This document shows positions 11,170-20,792 of a stretch of DNA of 64,000 nucleotides, in pieces. The translations under genes were made by a program, and so were the position numbers. How positions within the stretch are numbered: the first letter of the stretch is position 1; each line of letters begins with the position of its first letter. The stretch comes from Kiritimatiellia bacterium (GTDB lineage: Bacteria; Verrucomicrobiota; Kiritimatiellia; JAAZAB01). The stretch lies in contig JAXGPF010000007.1 of assembly GCA_040767085.1 (NCBI GenBank), forward strand, positions 128,001 through 192,000, given 5' to 3'. A model generated the notes under the pieces. It was not told the origin of the DNA, searched no databases, and saw only the letters and a program-made list of their open reading frames with translations.

Positions 11170-12780
11170 ATGAAATTTTTACGATTGCTGCTGATCACGG
11201 GCATGGGCGCGCTGCTGTTTCTAATCCTGCAGTTGCCGGACAAATCAGGCGGGAATGCAGCGCGGGACTACGTTGAACTCCCAACCGCCGATTTCCGGCA
11301 ATTGGCGGCCGCGGAGTGGAAAGCCGGCCGGTCCGGGCCGGCGATACTGCTCCTGAATTACGCCGTGGAAAACAACCTGCCGGATGCCGCCGCCTGCGAC
11401 GGCGCCCGGGAAGGCTACCTGGCGGCCATGGCCGGCGACCGCACACCCGCCGGCCAACTGGCGATACTGGGGCTGGAACGGACGTTGCCTGCCGCCGGCG
11501 GTTTTGCCAGTCTCTCCGGCGGCACGGTGGCGGACTGGTTTTTGGCTGGCGAAACCAAACTCTCCCCTGCCGCTGACGATATTAGCCGGCAAGTATCGGC
11601 GGCGCAGAAACTGACGGAAATTTTCCCGCCGGCTGCGCCGGCCCTGCGCCTGATCGAGGCCGCCTGGCGCGGCGATGCCGTGCAGGGCGCCCTGCAACAG
11701 CCATTGGCGCGCGCGTTGGAGGCGATGGCGGCGGCCCCGGAAGGCGCGCCGGCGGTGGCGGCGGCGCAGGAGTCCATCATGCCCCTGCTGCAATTGGCGC
11801 GGCAATGCCGGACTTGGGCGGAATTCACCGTGCTGGCGCGGCATGCCCAAAGCATTGACCAGGTCAAGTTGCTGGCGCGGATGGCATCGCTCACGCCCTT
11901 GAACGCCGCTAAATTGGCGCGGCCGTTGATCCTGGCCGGGGCGGAGCAACGGCCGGAACTGCCGCCGGCGGTCATGGATTACTTCGTCCGGCGCGGGCAG
12001 GCCGGCATTGATGCCATGGACCAGGTCCTGCGGCGCGGCGGCGCCGGTGTGGAATACCTGCTGCGTAATCCCGGTGTTTCCGCCGCCATGCTGGCGGAAG
12101 CGCAGACGCCGTTGTGGCCGCCGCCGGCCTGGCGGAAAGCCTGGTTGGATTGGATGGCGCGTTCCGCCCGCCTGGCCGCCGCCGTCAAATCCGCGGCCGT
12201 GGCGCTGCTTTGCATGGGAATCCTGGTGTGCCTGCTGCCATGGCGCATGCTGCGCGGCGCCGCGGCCGCGGCCGGCGGCGCCCGGTTTTACACATGGTAC
12301 TGGCTGGCCGCAGCCGGCATCGGCGCGGCCGTCGGCGCGCTGCTGATTATCGGCGGCGCCCCGACTCCGGCGGCGGCTGTCGCGGGCGCAGCCGGCGGCG
12401 TTCCTGACGCCGCCGCCCAGGTTTACGCTCCGCGCCAGATGGTTTCATGGCTGGTGATCCTGATCGCCATTCTGCTGCTGCAAGGGACCTGCTGGGAAGT
12501 CGCCCGCCGCAAAATCCAGGCCGTGGCCGAAGACACGCAGGCGGACGCCGCCGGCAAACTGCGCCAGTTGGATAACCTGGACATCTTTTTCGACCTGCCG
12601 CTTTACGCCGGGCTGGCGCTGACCATCCTGGCCTTCATCCTGATTTCCGCCCTGGGCGCCGGCGTGAGCCGCTTCCTGGCCTACGCCTCGACGTTTGTCG
12701 GCATCCTTTTTGCCGTGGCTTTGCGGCTGGGACATCTCTACCCCTTGCGCGAACAGTTAATCAAACAATCCGGGAAATAA
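11170..12780 (+). CDS. Membrane protein with C-terminal MotA/TolQ/ExbB-like channel motif
   Basis: N-terminal TM, large soluble region, then about 5 TM segments; PLYAGLALTI and AYASTFVGI. Confidence 0.6.
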   Translation: MKFLRLLLITGMGALLFLILQLPDKSGGNAARDYVELPTADFRQLAAAEWKAGRSGPAILLLNYAVENNLPDAAACDGAREGYLAAMAGDRTPAGQLAILGLERTLPAAGGFASLSGGTVADWFLAGETKLSPAADDISRQVSAAQKLTEIFPPAAPALRLIEAAWRGDAVQGALQQPLARALEAMAAAPEGAPAVAAAQESIMPLLQLARQCRTWAEFTVLARHAQSIDQVKLLARMASLTPLNAAKLARPLILAGAEQRPELPPAVMDYFVRRGQAGIDAMDQVLRRGGAGVEYLLRNPGVSAAMLAEAQTPLWPPPAWRKAWLDWMARSARLAAAVKSAAVALLCMGILVCLLPWRMLRGAAAAAGGARFYTWYWLAAAGIGAAVGALLIIGGAPTPAAAVAGAAGGVPDAAAQVYAPRQMVSWLVILIAILLLQGTCWEVARRKIQAVAEDTQADAAGKLRQLDNLDIFFDLPLYAGLALTILAFILISALGAGVSRFLAYASTFVGILFAVALRLGHLYPLREQLIKQSGK

Positions 12781-12786
12781 ACCGCC

Positions 12787-14634
12787 ATGCGACCGGCCCT
12801 GCTTGTTGTGATCATGGACTTTCTGGTGTCCTCGCTCCTGCTGTTCGTCAGCGGGCCGGGCGAGGGCTGGTCCGGGCGTCAGCGGCCCGCCGGCGGGGAA
12901 CCGCCGGCGTCCGCGCCGGAATTCTCGCCGGCCGCGCTCCAGGAGATGGAACGCCTCTGGCAAGCGCAATACCAGGAACAATTCCGCGAAATGCGATTGC
13001 TGGACCAGCAATCGCAACTGGCGCGCGCCGCGGACGCCCAGCGCCGGCTGCAGGAATTGCATGCCGGGCTGGAAAGGCAACTGGCGGACCGCGCGGCTCA
13101 ACTGGAACAGGAGCAACAGCGGCGCGCGGCGGCCGAAGCCGAGCGGCTCCGCCTGGCCGCGGAACATCAACGCCAGCAGGCTGCCCTTCAGGAATCCGCA
13201 CAACGCTTGCAGGATTTGGACCGGCAGCGGGAGGCCCTCCTCCAGGAGCAGGAACGGATGCAGGCGCAGATCGCCGCCGCGGCCGGCGAACGCACCGCCG
13301 CCCAGGCGGAGGCACGCAACCTGCAGGCTCTGAAAACCGAACTGGATCACCAGGTCGCCGGCCTGCGCGGACGGCTGCAGGCGCAGGCGGAAACCATCGG
13401 CGCCCAGCATCGCACCATTGCCAGCCAGCAGGAAGTCATTGACCAATCCCTCCAGGATGTCGCGCGCATACAGACCCGCCTGGAAACCAAAACCGATCTA
13501 TTGAGCGGCAAGCAAGACCAGATGCAAGCCCTGCTGCGGGACTTCCAGGCCATGGCGGAAGGGCTGCCGGAAGCCGTGCGGGCGCCCGCGCGCGACCTGG
13601 CGCTCGAACAGCAGCGCTTGAACGAGCTGGTGCGGCAACTGTCGGATGCCGTGGCGGATGCCGGCGCGCGCCACCTGGACGCAGAAGCCCGCACCCTGGC
13701 GGATTCCCGCCTGGAAACCCTGGCGGCCATGCAGCAAAACCTCCAGGATGAATTGCGCAAGCTGTTCGAACAGGGCATGCAGCCCGGGCTGCAGCAGGAA
13801 CTGCAGGCGGTGCAGCAGCAGCAGGCGGCGCTGCAAAGCGGTATTACCGGCCTGGCCGGACGCCTGGAAGAAATGGAAACCAGGCAGGCCGGGCCGTTTG
13901 CCAACCTGCGCGATGCCTGCCTGCCGGTATCGGCAAGCCTGACCGCCGCCTACGGCAATGTTGACGATCCATCCGCGCATACGGAAGTGTTCGAAAACAC
14001 GGTCTATGCCCCGCTGCTCAACGCCAACGGGGCAGTCTGGCTGGTGGTGCACGGACGCGACCTGGGATTGAAATGGGCGGCTTCCGCCCCGGCGTTGCAT
14101 GGCGTGCTATGGAATGCGCAAACGCGCGGCGGGACCGCGGTCTGGCGCGCCGACAGCGGACGCGCCGCGTTGCTGGAAACCGAACCCGCGCTGGTTCGCC
14201 TGGAATGCGCCGGCGCCACAGCGGCGGAGGGACGGCTATCGGGCATACGGCCCATGCCCATCATCGGGTACGCGGAACTGGCCCAACGCGGCGCCCGGGA
14301 TGTCTTTCTGGTCAAGCGCCAGGCCGATGGCGCGGCTTTCGCGGTGGACGCCGCTCCGGACCAGGCCACCCCCGCTTACCTGAAAATCCGGCGCGCCCTG
14401 CGGCCCTGGGCCAACTTTGTGGCGCGCCGCCTGTGGCTGGACCCGCGCTCGCAGGCGGAACCGGGTGATTTCATTGTCACCGCCGAAGGCGCCATGGTGG
14501 GCGTCATGGTGGATGAACAACGCTGCCGGGTGCTGGATGCCGCCGATTTTGGAACGGCGGCCCGCCCCCTGCCCCTGGCCGACATCGAGTCGCTGCGGCA
14601 GATGCTGGCGCCGCTGCGCAAGCATTTCCGTTGA
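12787..14634 (+). CDS. Single-pass coiled-coil protein with MotB/ExbD-like TM helix and C-terminal beta domain
   Basis: LLVVIMDFLVSSLLLF, about 300 aa Q/E/R/A heptads, C-terminal PGDFIVTAEGAMVGVMV. Confidence 0.6.
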   Translation: MRPALLVVIMDFLVSSLLLFVSGPGEGWSGRQRPAGGEPPASAPEFSPAALQEMERLWQAQYQEQFREMRLLDQQSQLARAADAQRRLQELHAGLERQLADRAAQLEQEQQRRAAAEAERLRLAAEHQRQQAALQESAQRLQDLDRQREALLQEQERMQAQIAAAAGERTAAQAEARNLQALKTELDHQVAGLRGRLQAQAETIGAQHRTIASQQEVIDQSLQDVARIQTRLETKTDLLSGKQDQMQALLRDFQAMAEGLPEAVRAPARDLALEQQRLNELVRQLSDAVADAGARHLDAEARTLADSRLETLAAMQQNLQDELRKLFEQGMQPGLQQELQAVQQQQAALQSGITGLAGRLEEMETRQAGPFANLRDACLPVSASLTAAYGNVDDPSAHTEVFENTVYAPLLNANGAVWLVVHGRDLGLKWAASAPALHGVLWNAQTRGGTAVWRADSGRAALLETEPALVRLECAGATAAEGRLSGIRPMPIIGYAELAQRGARDVFLVKRQADGAAFAVDAAPDQATPAYLKIRRALRPWANFVARRLWLDPRSQAEPGDFIVTAEGAMVGVMVDEQRCRVLDAADFGTAARPLPLADIESLRQMLAPLRKHFR

Positions 14635-14659
14635 TGGCCGGCCATCAGCAGGGCCGGCC

Positions 14660-15466
14660 CTACCGGACCGCTTCGCGGGCATACTGCTTGAGCGTGGCGA
14701 TTTCCCGGGGCAAATGCACCGGGTAGGCGTCGCTCCAGTTAATCCACTCGCCGCTGACAAAGCCGGTATACCCCGCGGCCTGCAGCAATTCCACGGCCCG
14801 CCGGTGGTCAATCATGCCCTGACCGATCGGCGCGAGCGACAATTTGCCGTCGCGCATCACACCGTCATGCACATGCACATGCCGGATCCACGGCCGCAAC
14901 TGCTCAAACGACTGGTCAATCGTCGCCAGCTTGCTCCGCACCGGGTGCATGATGTCCCAGTTCACCGCCAGGCCCGGATGCTCCGCTGCCCGCATCACCG
15001 CCGCCACATCGGCCGGATCGCACCAGGAGTCATGCGTCTCCATGCAGACTGTCACCTTGCGCCGAGCGGCCTGTTCCGCCAACGGCCGCAACAGCGCGGC
15101 CAGATTCCGCACCGCCTCCGCCCGGCTCAGTCCTTCGCCCAGCTTGCCTCCGAAAACCCGGACGCAGGGCGCGCCGAGATCGGCCGCCAATTCCACGCAT
15201 TGCCGGGCGCGCTCGGCGTTTTCCGGCGCGGAAGCCGGATCGGCGAACCGGCAGGAAGTGGCAATGCAGGATAATTGAATGCCGCTGGCGGCGACTTGCC
15301 GGCGGATAGCCTGGCGTTCTCCGGGCGCAGTCTCCGGTTCAATCCCATGCCGGTGTTTGGAATCCACCCGGGGCTCGATGCCGTCATACCCGTACCGCCG
15401 CGCGAGGTCCAGCACCGCGCCCAGTTCCAATTCCGGGCAGGAAAACGTCATGAACGAAAACTTCAT
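14660..15466 (-). CDS. Sugar phosphate isomerase/epimerase (xylose isomerase-like TIM barrel)
   Basis: GYDGIE, ETHD, NWD, HVHD, SGEW; AGGAG RBS before ATG 15466. Confidence 0.88.
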   Translation of the reverse strand: MKFSFMTFSCPELELGAVLDLARRYGYDGIEPRVDSKHRHGIEPETAPGERQAIRRQVAASGIQLSCIATSCRFADPASAPENAERARQCVELAADLGAPCVRVFGGKLGEGLSRAEAVRNLAALLRPLAEQAARRKVTVCMETHDSWCDPADVAAVMRAAEHPGLAVNWDIMHPVRSKLATIDQSFEQLRPWIRHVHVHDGVMRDGKLSLAPIGQGMIDHRRAVELLQAAGYTGFVSGEWINWSDAYPVHLPREIATLKQYAREAVR

Positions 15467-15492
15467 CGTCAACTCCTGGTCATCCGTCCATT

Positions 15493-16824
15493 TCAACTAT
15501 GGGAAAAGAAATTCCAGCGCCCCATCGCCTGGGAATTGCCCTGGTCGCCTTCCAGCAAATCACGGTAATTCAACGCCACTTTCTTGTAAGCGGCGGCAAA
15601 CTGGCGGATCACCGCGGGCCGGTATTTCTTGAACCAGGGAATCGCGCAGACGCGGCCCATGACGGCTTCGCTGACCGGCAGCGAGCCGGGGGGCTGCCGC
15701 AGGTCGCGGTCGGCATTGGCGATGCGGGTGGGTTTGCCGTGCCCATACACATCGCAGGTATTGAAGAGCGGGTGGAGGTGCAGCGGGCGGTTGCAGCCGG
15801 GCGAGCACGATGCGCCTTCCGCCTTCACCGCTTCCGCGAAACGGGTGACGGAAAGGCCGCCCAGTTCCTCCGGCCGGTACAAGCCGCGGGCGGCATACCA
15901 GCCGCCCATGGTGGAGCCGGAATCTTTGGCCGGACGGTGCGCCTTGATGCCCGGCACGTCTTCGAGCAGATCCCAGAAATAATTCATGGCTTTCTGGATT
16001 TCCGCGATGCGCGCATCGTAGTGCTTTAACTGCACCCGGCCGACCACGGCGCTCATCTGGTGCATACGGTACTTGTAACCGCCCAGGGGCAGGCCCTCGA
16101 ATGGCTTCAGGGAGGGCGTCTGGAAATTCTCGAAGCGTTCGTAGTGGCCGAGGGCCATGGCCCGCTCGTAGATTTCAAGGTTGTCCGTGGTCAACATGCC
16201 GGCCTCGCCGGCCACCAGCGACTTGCCGCTCATCAGGGAATAACCGGCCACATCGCCGATCGTGCCCACCTTGCGTCCCTTGTAAAGCCCGCCATGCGCA
16301 TGGGAAACATCCTCGATCACCTTCACCCGGCGCCGGCGGGCGATTTCCATGATGGCGTCCATGTCCGCGGGATGCCCCACGTAGTGCACAACGACAATGG
16401 CCTTGGTGCGCGGGGTGATGCGGTGCTCGATATCGGCCGGATTGACGCAGAGGGTCTCGGGGTCAATATCCGCGAACACCACCGTCGCGCCCAGCGAATA
16501 CGCCTGGAGACAGGAAGCCCAGTAAGTCACCGACGGGCAGATGATTTCATCCCCCACCCCGACCTTGCAGCCGAACATGGCCGCCTGCAAAGCGGCCGTG
16601 CCGGTGGAAAAACCCAGGGCATATTTCGCGCCTTCCCAGGCGGCAAATTCTTTTTCAAATTCCCGTGTGATTTCGCCGCCGGACATCGCTCCGCGCCGGA
16701 GCACGTCCACGATGCCTTTTTCTTCCTCGCGCGTGACAATCGGCCACGCGGAAACCTTGCGCACGGCCTGCGCGTCCTGCGTGACAGCCTTCGGTCCGCC
16801 CAATAAAGCCAGTTTGCTGCTCAT
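15493..16824 (-). CDS. DegT/DnrJ/EryC1/StrS PLP aminotransferase
   Basis: STGTAAL, IEDVSHAHG, SLMSGKSL, GYKYRM; GGAGG RBS. Confidence 0.92.
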   Translation of the reverse strand: MSSKLALLGGPKAVTQDAQAVRKVSAWPIVTREEEKGIVDVLRRGAMSGGEITREFEKEFAAWEGAKYALGFSTGTAALQAAMFGCKVGVGDEIICPSVTYWASCLQAYSLGATVVFADIDPETLCVNPADIEHRITPRTKAIVVVHYVGHPADMDAIMEIARRRRVKVIEDVSHAHGGLYKGRKVGTIGDVAGYSLMSGKSLVAGEAGMLTTDNLEIYERAMALGHYERFENFQTPSLKPFEGLPLGGYKYRMHQMSAVVGRVQLKHYDARIAEIQKAMNYFWDLLEDVPGIKAHRPAKDSGSTMGGWYAARGLYRPEELGGLSVTRFAEAVKAEGASCSPGCNRPLHLHPLFNTCDVYGHGKPTRIANADRDLRQPPGSLPVSEAVMGRVCAIPWFKKYRPAVIRQFAAAYKKVALNYRDLLEGDQGNSQAMGRWNFFSHS

Positions 16825-16916
16825 AATGACCGCCTCCTGTTCAATGCTCAAGATGCCTGCTGCCGGCTTATCCAAAAACAAGGTAAATCCTAGCAGAAAG
16901 GGGCGCGCATGCAAGG

Positions 16917-17777
16917 TCAGATTCTGCAATCCGGATGCGTATTCCTGCAATAAACCGCCGGGGTCACGCCGGTCCATTGCTTGAATTTGCGCTGAAACAA
17001 ACCGTAATGATTAAAGCCCACCTCCGCGGCCACGGCGGCCGCCTTGATCCGCGGGCTTTCCTCCAGGCGCCGCCGGGCTTCGGCGATCCGCCGTTGTAAC
17101 AGGTACTGCTTGATGCTGATCTGCATGTGGCCCTTGAAGACATGCGCCAGATGGCTTTCCGAATAACCGAAGCGGCGGGCCAGTTTCACCATGTCCAGCG
17201 GCCGGGCAAACTCCTGCTCGAGGTGTTCCGCAATCTGCTGCGCCAGCGGATGCACCACCGGCGCCGGCGCCGGGCGGGCGCCGGCCCGCTGCAGCAGCCA
17301 GAGGAACTCCCCCAGTTTCAACCGCACGATTTCGCGCCAGTATGGCGACCGGCCCTGCAATTCGTCATGCAGCTGGCGGAACAGGAGGGCCAGCGCGGCC
17401 GTTTCGGTTTCATGCAGCAAGGCCTGCACCGGGGCCTCCCGCGCCAGACGCTGGAGCACGGCCGCGCGCAGGAATTCGGGCGCAAACATCAGCAGCCATT
17501 TCAGATGGGCGCCGCCCGGCGCGGGCAGGTAACAATGCGCCTGGTTCGGGTGCAACGCCAGCGCCATATTGGGACGAATCGCGTATTTTTTCCCGCCGAT
17601 CAAATACTCGCCCCGGCCCTTGAGAATCAATTGAAATTCGCAGGCGCGATGATACGCCAGGGGCGTGCGCGCCGGCTTGCCGGCCTGCTGCACGACAATC
17701 ACCGGACACTGCGCCTGCGCGTTAAAGATGGTTTCGTGACGCAATTTTCCGCTCCCGTGCGACTGCGCCGCCTTCAT
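16917..17777 (-). CDS. AraC family regulator
   Basis: Cupin N-domain; C-terminal double HTH VGFNHYGLFQRKFKQWTGVTP. Confidence 0.92.
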   Translation of the reverse strand: MKAAQSHGSGKLRHETIFNAQAQCPVIVVQQAGKPARTPLAYHRACEFQLILKGRGEYLIGGKKYAIRPNMALALHPNQAHCYLPAPGGAHLKWLLMFAPEFLRAAVLQRLAREAPVQALLHETETAALALLFRQLHDELQGRSPYWREIVRLKLGEFLWLLQRAGARPAPAPVVHPLAQQIAEHLEQEFARPLDMVKLARRFGYSESHLAHVFKGHMQISIKQYLLQRRIAEARRRLEESPRIKAAAVAAEVGFNHYGLFQRKFKQWTGVTPAVYCRNTHPDCRI

Positions 17778-19447
17778 TCCGCCGGGCGCGGCCCGGCGCG
17801 GCGCAGCATTTCCCGGGCATGCTTGAACGCGATCGCGGTCGTTTCGCCGCCGCCCAGCATCCGGGCCAATTCCTCCACGCGCGCCTTGCCGTCCAGTTTA
17901 TGGACTTCCGTGGCGGCGCGCTGCGGGCCGACGGTCTTGCGCACCGCAAAATGCGCGCCGCCGCAGGCCGCCACCTGGGCCAGGTGCGTGATGCACAAAA
18001 CCTGGCGGCGCCGGGCCAGTTCCCGCAACTTGCGCCCCACGACGCCGGCGGCGCGGCCGCCGAGGTTGACGTCAATTTCATCGAACACCAGCACCGGCAC
18101 GCGGTCGTGGCGCGCCAGCACCGATTTCACCGCGAGCATCACCCGCGAGATTTCGCCGCTGGACGCCGTCTTCCGCAAATCCCGCGGCGGTTCGCCGGCA
18201 TTCGCAGTAAAAACAAATTCCACCGCATCCAGCCCCGCCGGGCCCAGCGGGATTTCCGTCAGCGGCGCGCCGAATTCCGCCTGGGACAGTTCCAGGGCGC
18301 GTAATTCACGCTGCACTGCGCCGGCCAGCGCGCCGGCGGCCCGGCGGCGCCCGGCGCTCAGCCGCGCGCCGGCAGCCTGGGCCGCCTGCCGCGCCATTTC
18401 CACCTGAGCCGCCAGTTGGGCGCGGCGCTCTTCCCGGCGGCGCGCGCCGTCCAGGTCCGACCGCGCCGACGACAGCTTTTCCAGCGCCGCCGCGACTGAT
18501 CCGCCGTATTTGTGTTTCAGCTTCTGATAAATCGCCAGCCGCGTTTCCACCTGCGCCAACCGCTCGGGATCGCACTCCGCGCGCCGCTGGAATGCTTCCA
18601 CTTCCCGCGCCACATCGCGCAGGCGGTCCAGCACGCCGCGCAGATCCCCCGTCCAGGCGGCGGGCGTCTCCGTCAACCCCGCCATCGTTTCCAGCGCCTT
18701 CAGCGCCGACGCCGCGGAATTGAATGCGCAATCCTCGCCTTCCGTCAAACGCTGGCGCGCTGCGTCCGCCAGTTCCAAAATGCGCTGCGCATTCCCCAGC
18801 AGACGCTGGTCCGCCAGCAAGCGGGCTTCTTCCGCCTCGCTCATATCCGCCGCTGCCAGCTCCCGCACCTGTTCCTCCAGCCATTCGGGGGGCGCCGCCG
18901 CCGGCTGGCTTTCCAGTTCCAGCAAGGCGCGGCGCGCGCCGTCGAATTGCGCAAAAGCCGCCTCGTAAGCCGCGCGGACCTGAGCCAGTTTACCGTAAGC
19001 ATCCAGCAAATCCAACTGCGCGCGGGGCGACAGGAGGGATTGATGTTGATGCGGCCCGTGCATATCGGCCAGGCAGTCGCCCACGCGCTGGAGCGCCTGC
19101 AGGGTGACGGAATGGTCGTTGACATACTGCCGTCCGGCGCCGCCGGCCGCCACCACCCGGCGTAAAATCACTTCGCCCCCGGCGCACGGCGGCAGGCCGA
19201 TCTCCGCCAGGACGGCGTCCACCGGCGCGGCGTCTTCCAGGCTAAACACCGCCTCCGCCGAACATTGCGCGGCGCCGGCGCGCACAATGCCGCGGTCGGC
19301 CCGCTCGCCCAGCGCCAGGTTCAGCGCTCCCATCAGGAGCGATTTGCCCGCGCCGGTCTCGCCGGTGATGACGTTCAATCCCGGTTCAAACTCAACCTGC
19401 GCCGACGCCACCAGCGCCAGGTTGGCCACTTGTAGATGTTTTAACAT
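17774..19447 (-). CDS. recN: DNA repair protein RecN
   Basis: TGETGAGKS, SSGEISRVML, VFDEID, CITHLAQVA. Confidence 0.97.
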   Translation of the reverse strand: MLKHLQVANLALVASAQVEFEPGLNVITGETGAGKSLLMGALNLALGERADRGIVRAGAAQCSAEAVFSLEDAAPVDAVLAEIGLPPCAGGEVILRRVVAAGGAGRQYVNDHSVTLQALQRVGDCLADMHGPHQHQSLLSPRAQLDLLDAYGKLAQVRAAYEAAFAQFDGARRALLELESQPAAAPPEWLEEQVRELAAADMSEAEEARLLADQRLLGNAQRILELADAARQRLTEGEDCAFNSAASALKALETMAGLTETPAAWTGDLRGVLDRLRDVAREVEAFQRRAECDPERLAQVETRLAIYQKLKHKYGGSVAAALEKLSSARSDLDGARRREERRAQLAAQVEMARQAAQAAGARLSAGRRRAAGALAGAVQRELRALELSQAEFGAPLTEIPLGPAGLDAVEFVFTANAGEPPRDLRKTASSGEISRVMLAVKSVLARHDRVPVLVFDEIDVNLGGRAAGVVGRKLRELARRRQVLCITHLAQVAACGGAHFAVRKTVGPQRAATEVHKLDGKARVEELARMLGGGETTAIAFKHAREMLRRAGPRPAE

Positions 19448-19556
19448 GGCCTGAATCCGTGACGGGATTTTATGTTGTTAAGATAATGTCTGAATAAACA
19501 ACAATTTATGGAGTTGAACACTATCACCAAAAATGCACGGCTCTGTTTGACGGGAA

Positions 19557-19686
19557 AGACCGCCCTGCGGGTGAGGTCAGTATGCCGCATCTGCTTTGTT
19601 GCGAAGGATTCGCAGTATGTTTATACAGCTTCACCCTTCGCGTCGCGCATCTGCGGCATACTGACCTCATCACGGATTCAGGGTCT
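19557..19686. repeat. Long palindromic REP/MITE-like element
   Basis: Perfect 18-bp IR TGAGGTCAGTATGCCGCA (19572-19589 / 19652-19669) with inner GCGAAGG/CCTTCGC stem. Confidence 0.75.
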
Positions 19687-19689
19687 GGA

Positions 19690-19923
19690 TCAATTCATGC
19701 CGCGGGCCGGGCAGCCGCCCGCCGGACAGGCGCGGCACGCGCCGGCGGCGGCGCAGGCCGGCGCCGCCGGCGCCGCCGGCGCGGCCACGCTGAAAGCCGA
19801 CAATTCCCTGCGCAGCCGGCGGCCGCCGCATTGCGGGCAAGTCTCCGGCGCATCGTCCTTCCGCCGCGCCAGGTATTCGAAACGCGCGCCGCACTTAGCG
19901 CAATGATATTCATGAATGGGCAT
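19690..19923 (-). CDS. FmdB-family zinc-ribbon protein
   Basis: MPIHEYHCAKCG...CPQCGG...LS; Cys-rich tail. Confidence 0.88.
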   Translation of the reverse strand: MPIHEYHCAKCGARFEYLARRKDDAPETCPQCGGRRLRRELSAFSVAAPAAPAAPACAAAGACRACPAGGCPARGMN

Positions 19924-19934
19924 AATGCTGCTCC

Positions 19935-20720
19935 TTAAATCAAAGCCTGGTCCACCGCCGTCCGGCAGGGGCAATTTTCCAGCGTGATCCGCGGCATAAC
20001 GGCCGGAAGCAGCCGGTAGATATTAGCCACGTTATCCGCCATGGTTTTCAGCACCATCTCGATGGTCACGGTTTCCAGGCTGGCATGCCAGGAATCGTAA
20101 TCGGTGGCCATGGCCACCGCCGCGTAACACAGCCCAGCCTCGCGCGCCAGCACCGCCTCCGGCACGGTGCTCATGTTGATCACATCCCCGCCCCACTGGC
20201 GGAACATCCGGCTTTCCGCCCGCGTGGAGAAGCGCGGCCCTTCAATCGTCACCATCACGCCCTGCGGGTGATGCGGGATGCCCAGTTCCGCCGCCGCCAC
20301 GCAAAGCGCCTGGCGGATGTGCGGGCAGAACGGATCGCTCATGGGAATATGGCAGACGCGCGCGCCTTCGTAAAAGGTCTGGGCGCGCCTGGTGGTGCGG
20401 TCGATGAACTGGTCAATCATGACGAAATGCCCGGGGATGATTTCCTCGCGGAGGCTGCCGCAAGCCGTGGTGGCAATGACATGGGTCACCCCCAGTTCCC
20501 GGAGCGCCCAGATGTTGGCGCGGTAATTCACCAGCGAGGGCATGATACTGTGGCCCGCGCCGTGGCGCGCCAGGACCGCCACTTCCGCATCCCCCAACCG
20601 GCCGGTCTTCACCGTGTCCGACGGCGGGCCGTAGGGCGTATGCACTTTATGACTGCGCACGCCGCCCAGCTCCAGCCGGTCATCCAGTCCCGAGCCGCCG
20701 ATAATGCCGATTTTAATCAT
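19935..20720 (-). CDS. mtnP: S-methyl-5'-thioadenosine phosphorylase
   Basis: [30 protein letters not shown]. Confidence 0.93.
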   Translation of the reverse strand: MIKIGIIGGSGLDDRLELGGVRSHKVHTPYGPPSDTVKTGRLGDAEVAVLARHGAGHSIMPSLVNYRANIWALRELGVTHVIATTACGSLREEIIPGHFVMIDQFIDRTTRRAQTFYEGARVCHIPMSDPFCPHIRQALCVAAAELGIPHHPQGVMVTIEGPRFSTRAESRMFRQWGGDVINMSTVPEAVLAREAGLCYAAVAMATDYDSWHASLETVTIEMVLKTMADNVANIYRLLPAVMPRITLENCPCRTAVDQALI

Positions 20721-20792
20721 GCCGTTCTCCCTTTGCTCCGCCGCACCGGTCCGCTGCGCGCGGCGGCGCCGCCCGCAGCCATCCGGCAAAAT

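Noticed and set aside
11170-14634. Canonical Zorya, TonB-ExbBD or flagellar MotAB call
   Set aside because: B lacks an OmpA-like or ExbD domain, the long stalk is on B rather than A, and no zorC/D/E, tonB or flagellar genes are adjacent.
19448-19556. LexA box upstream of recN
   Set aside because: Only a GAACA half-site; no convincing palindrome.
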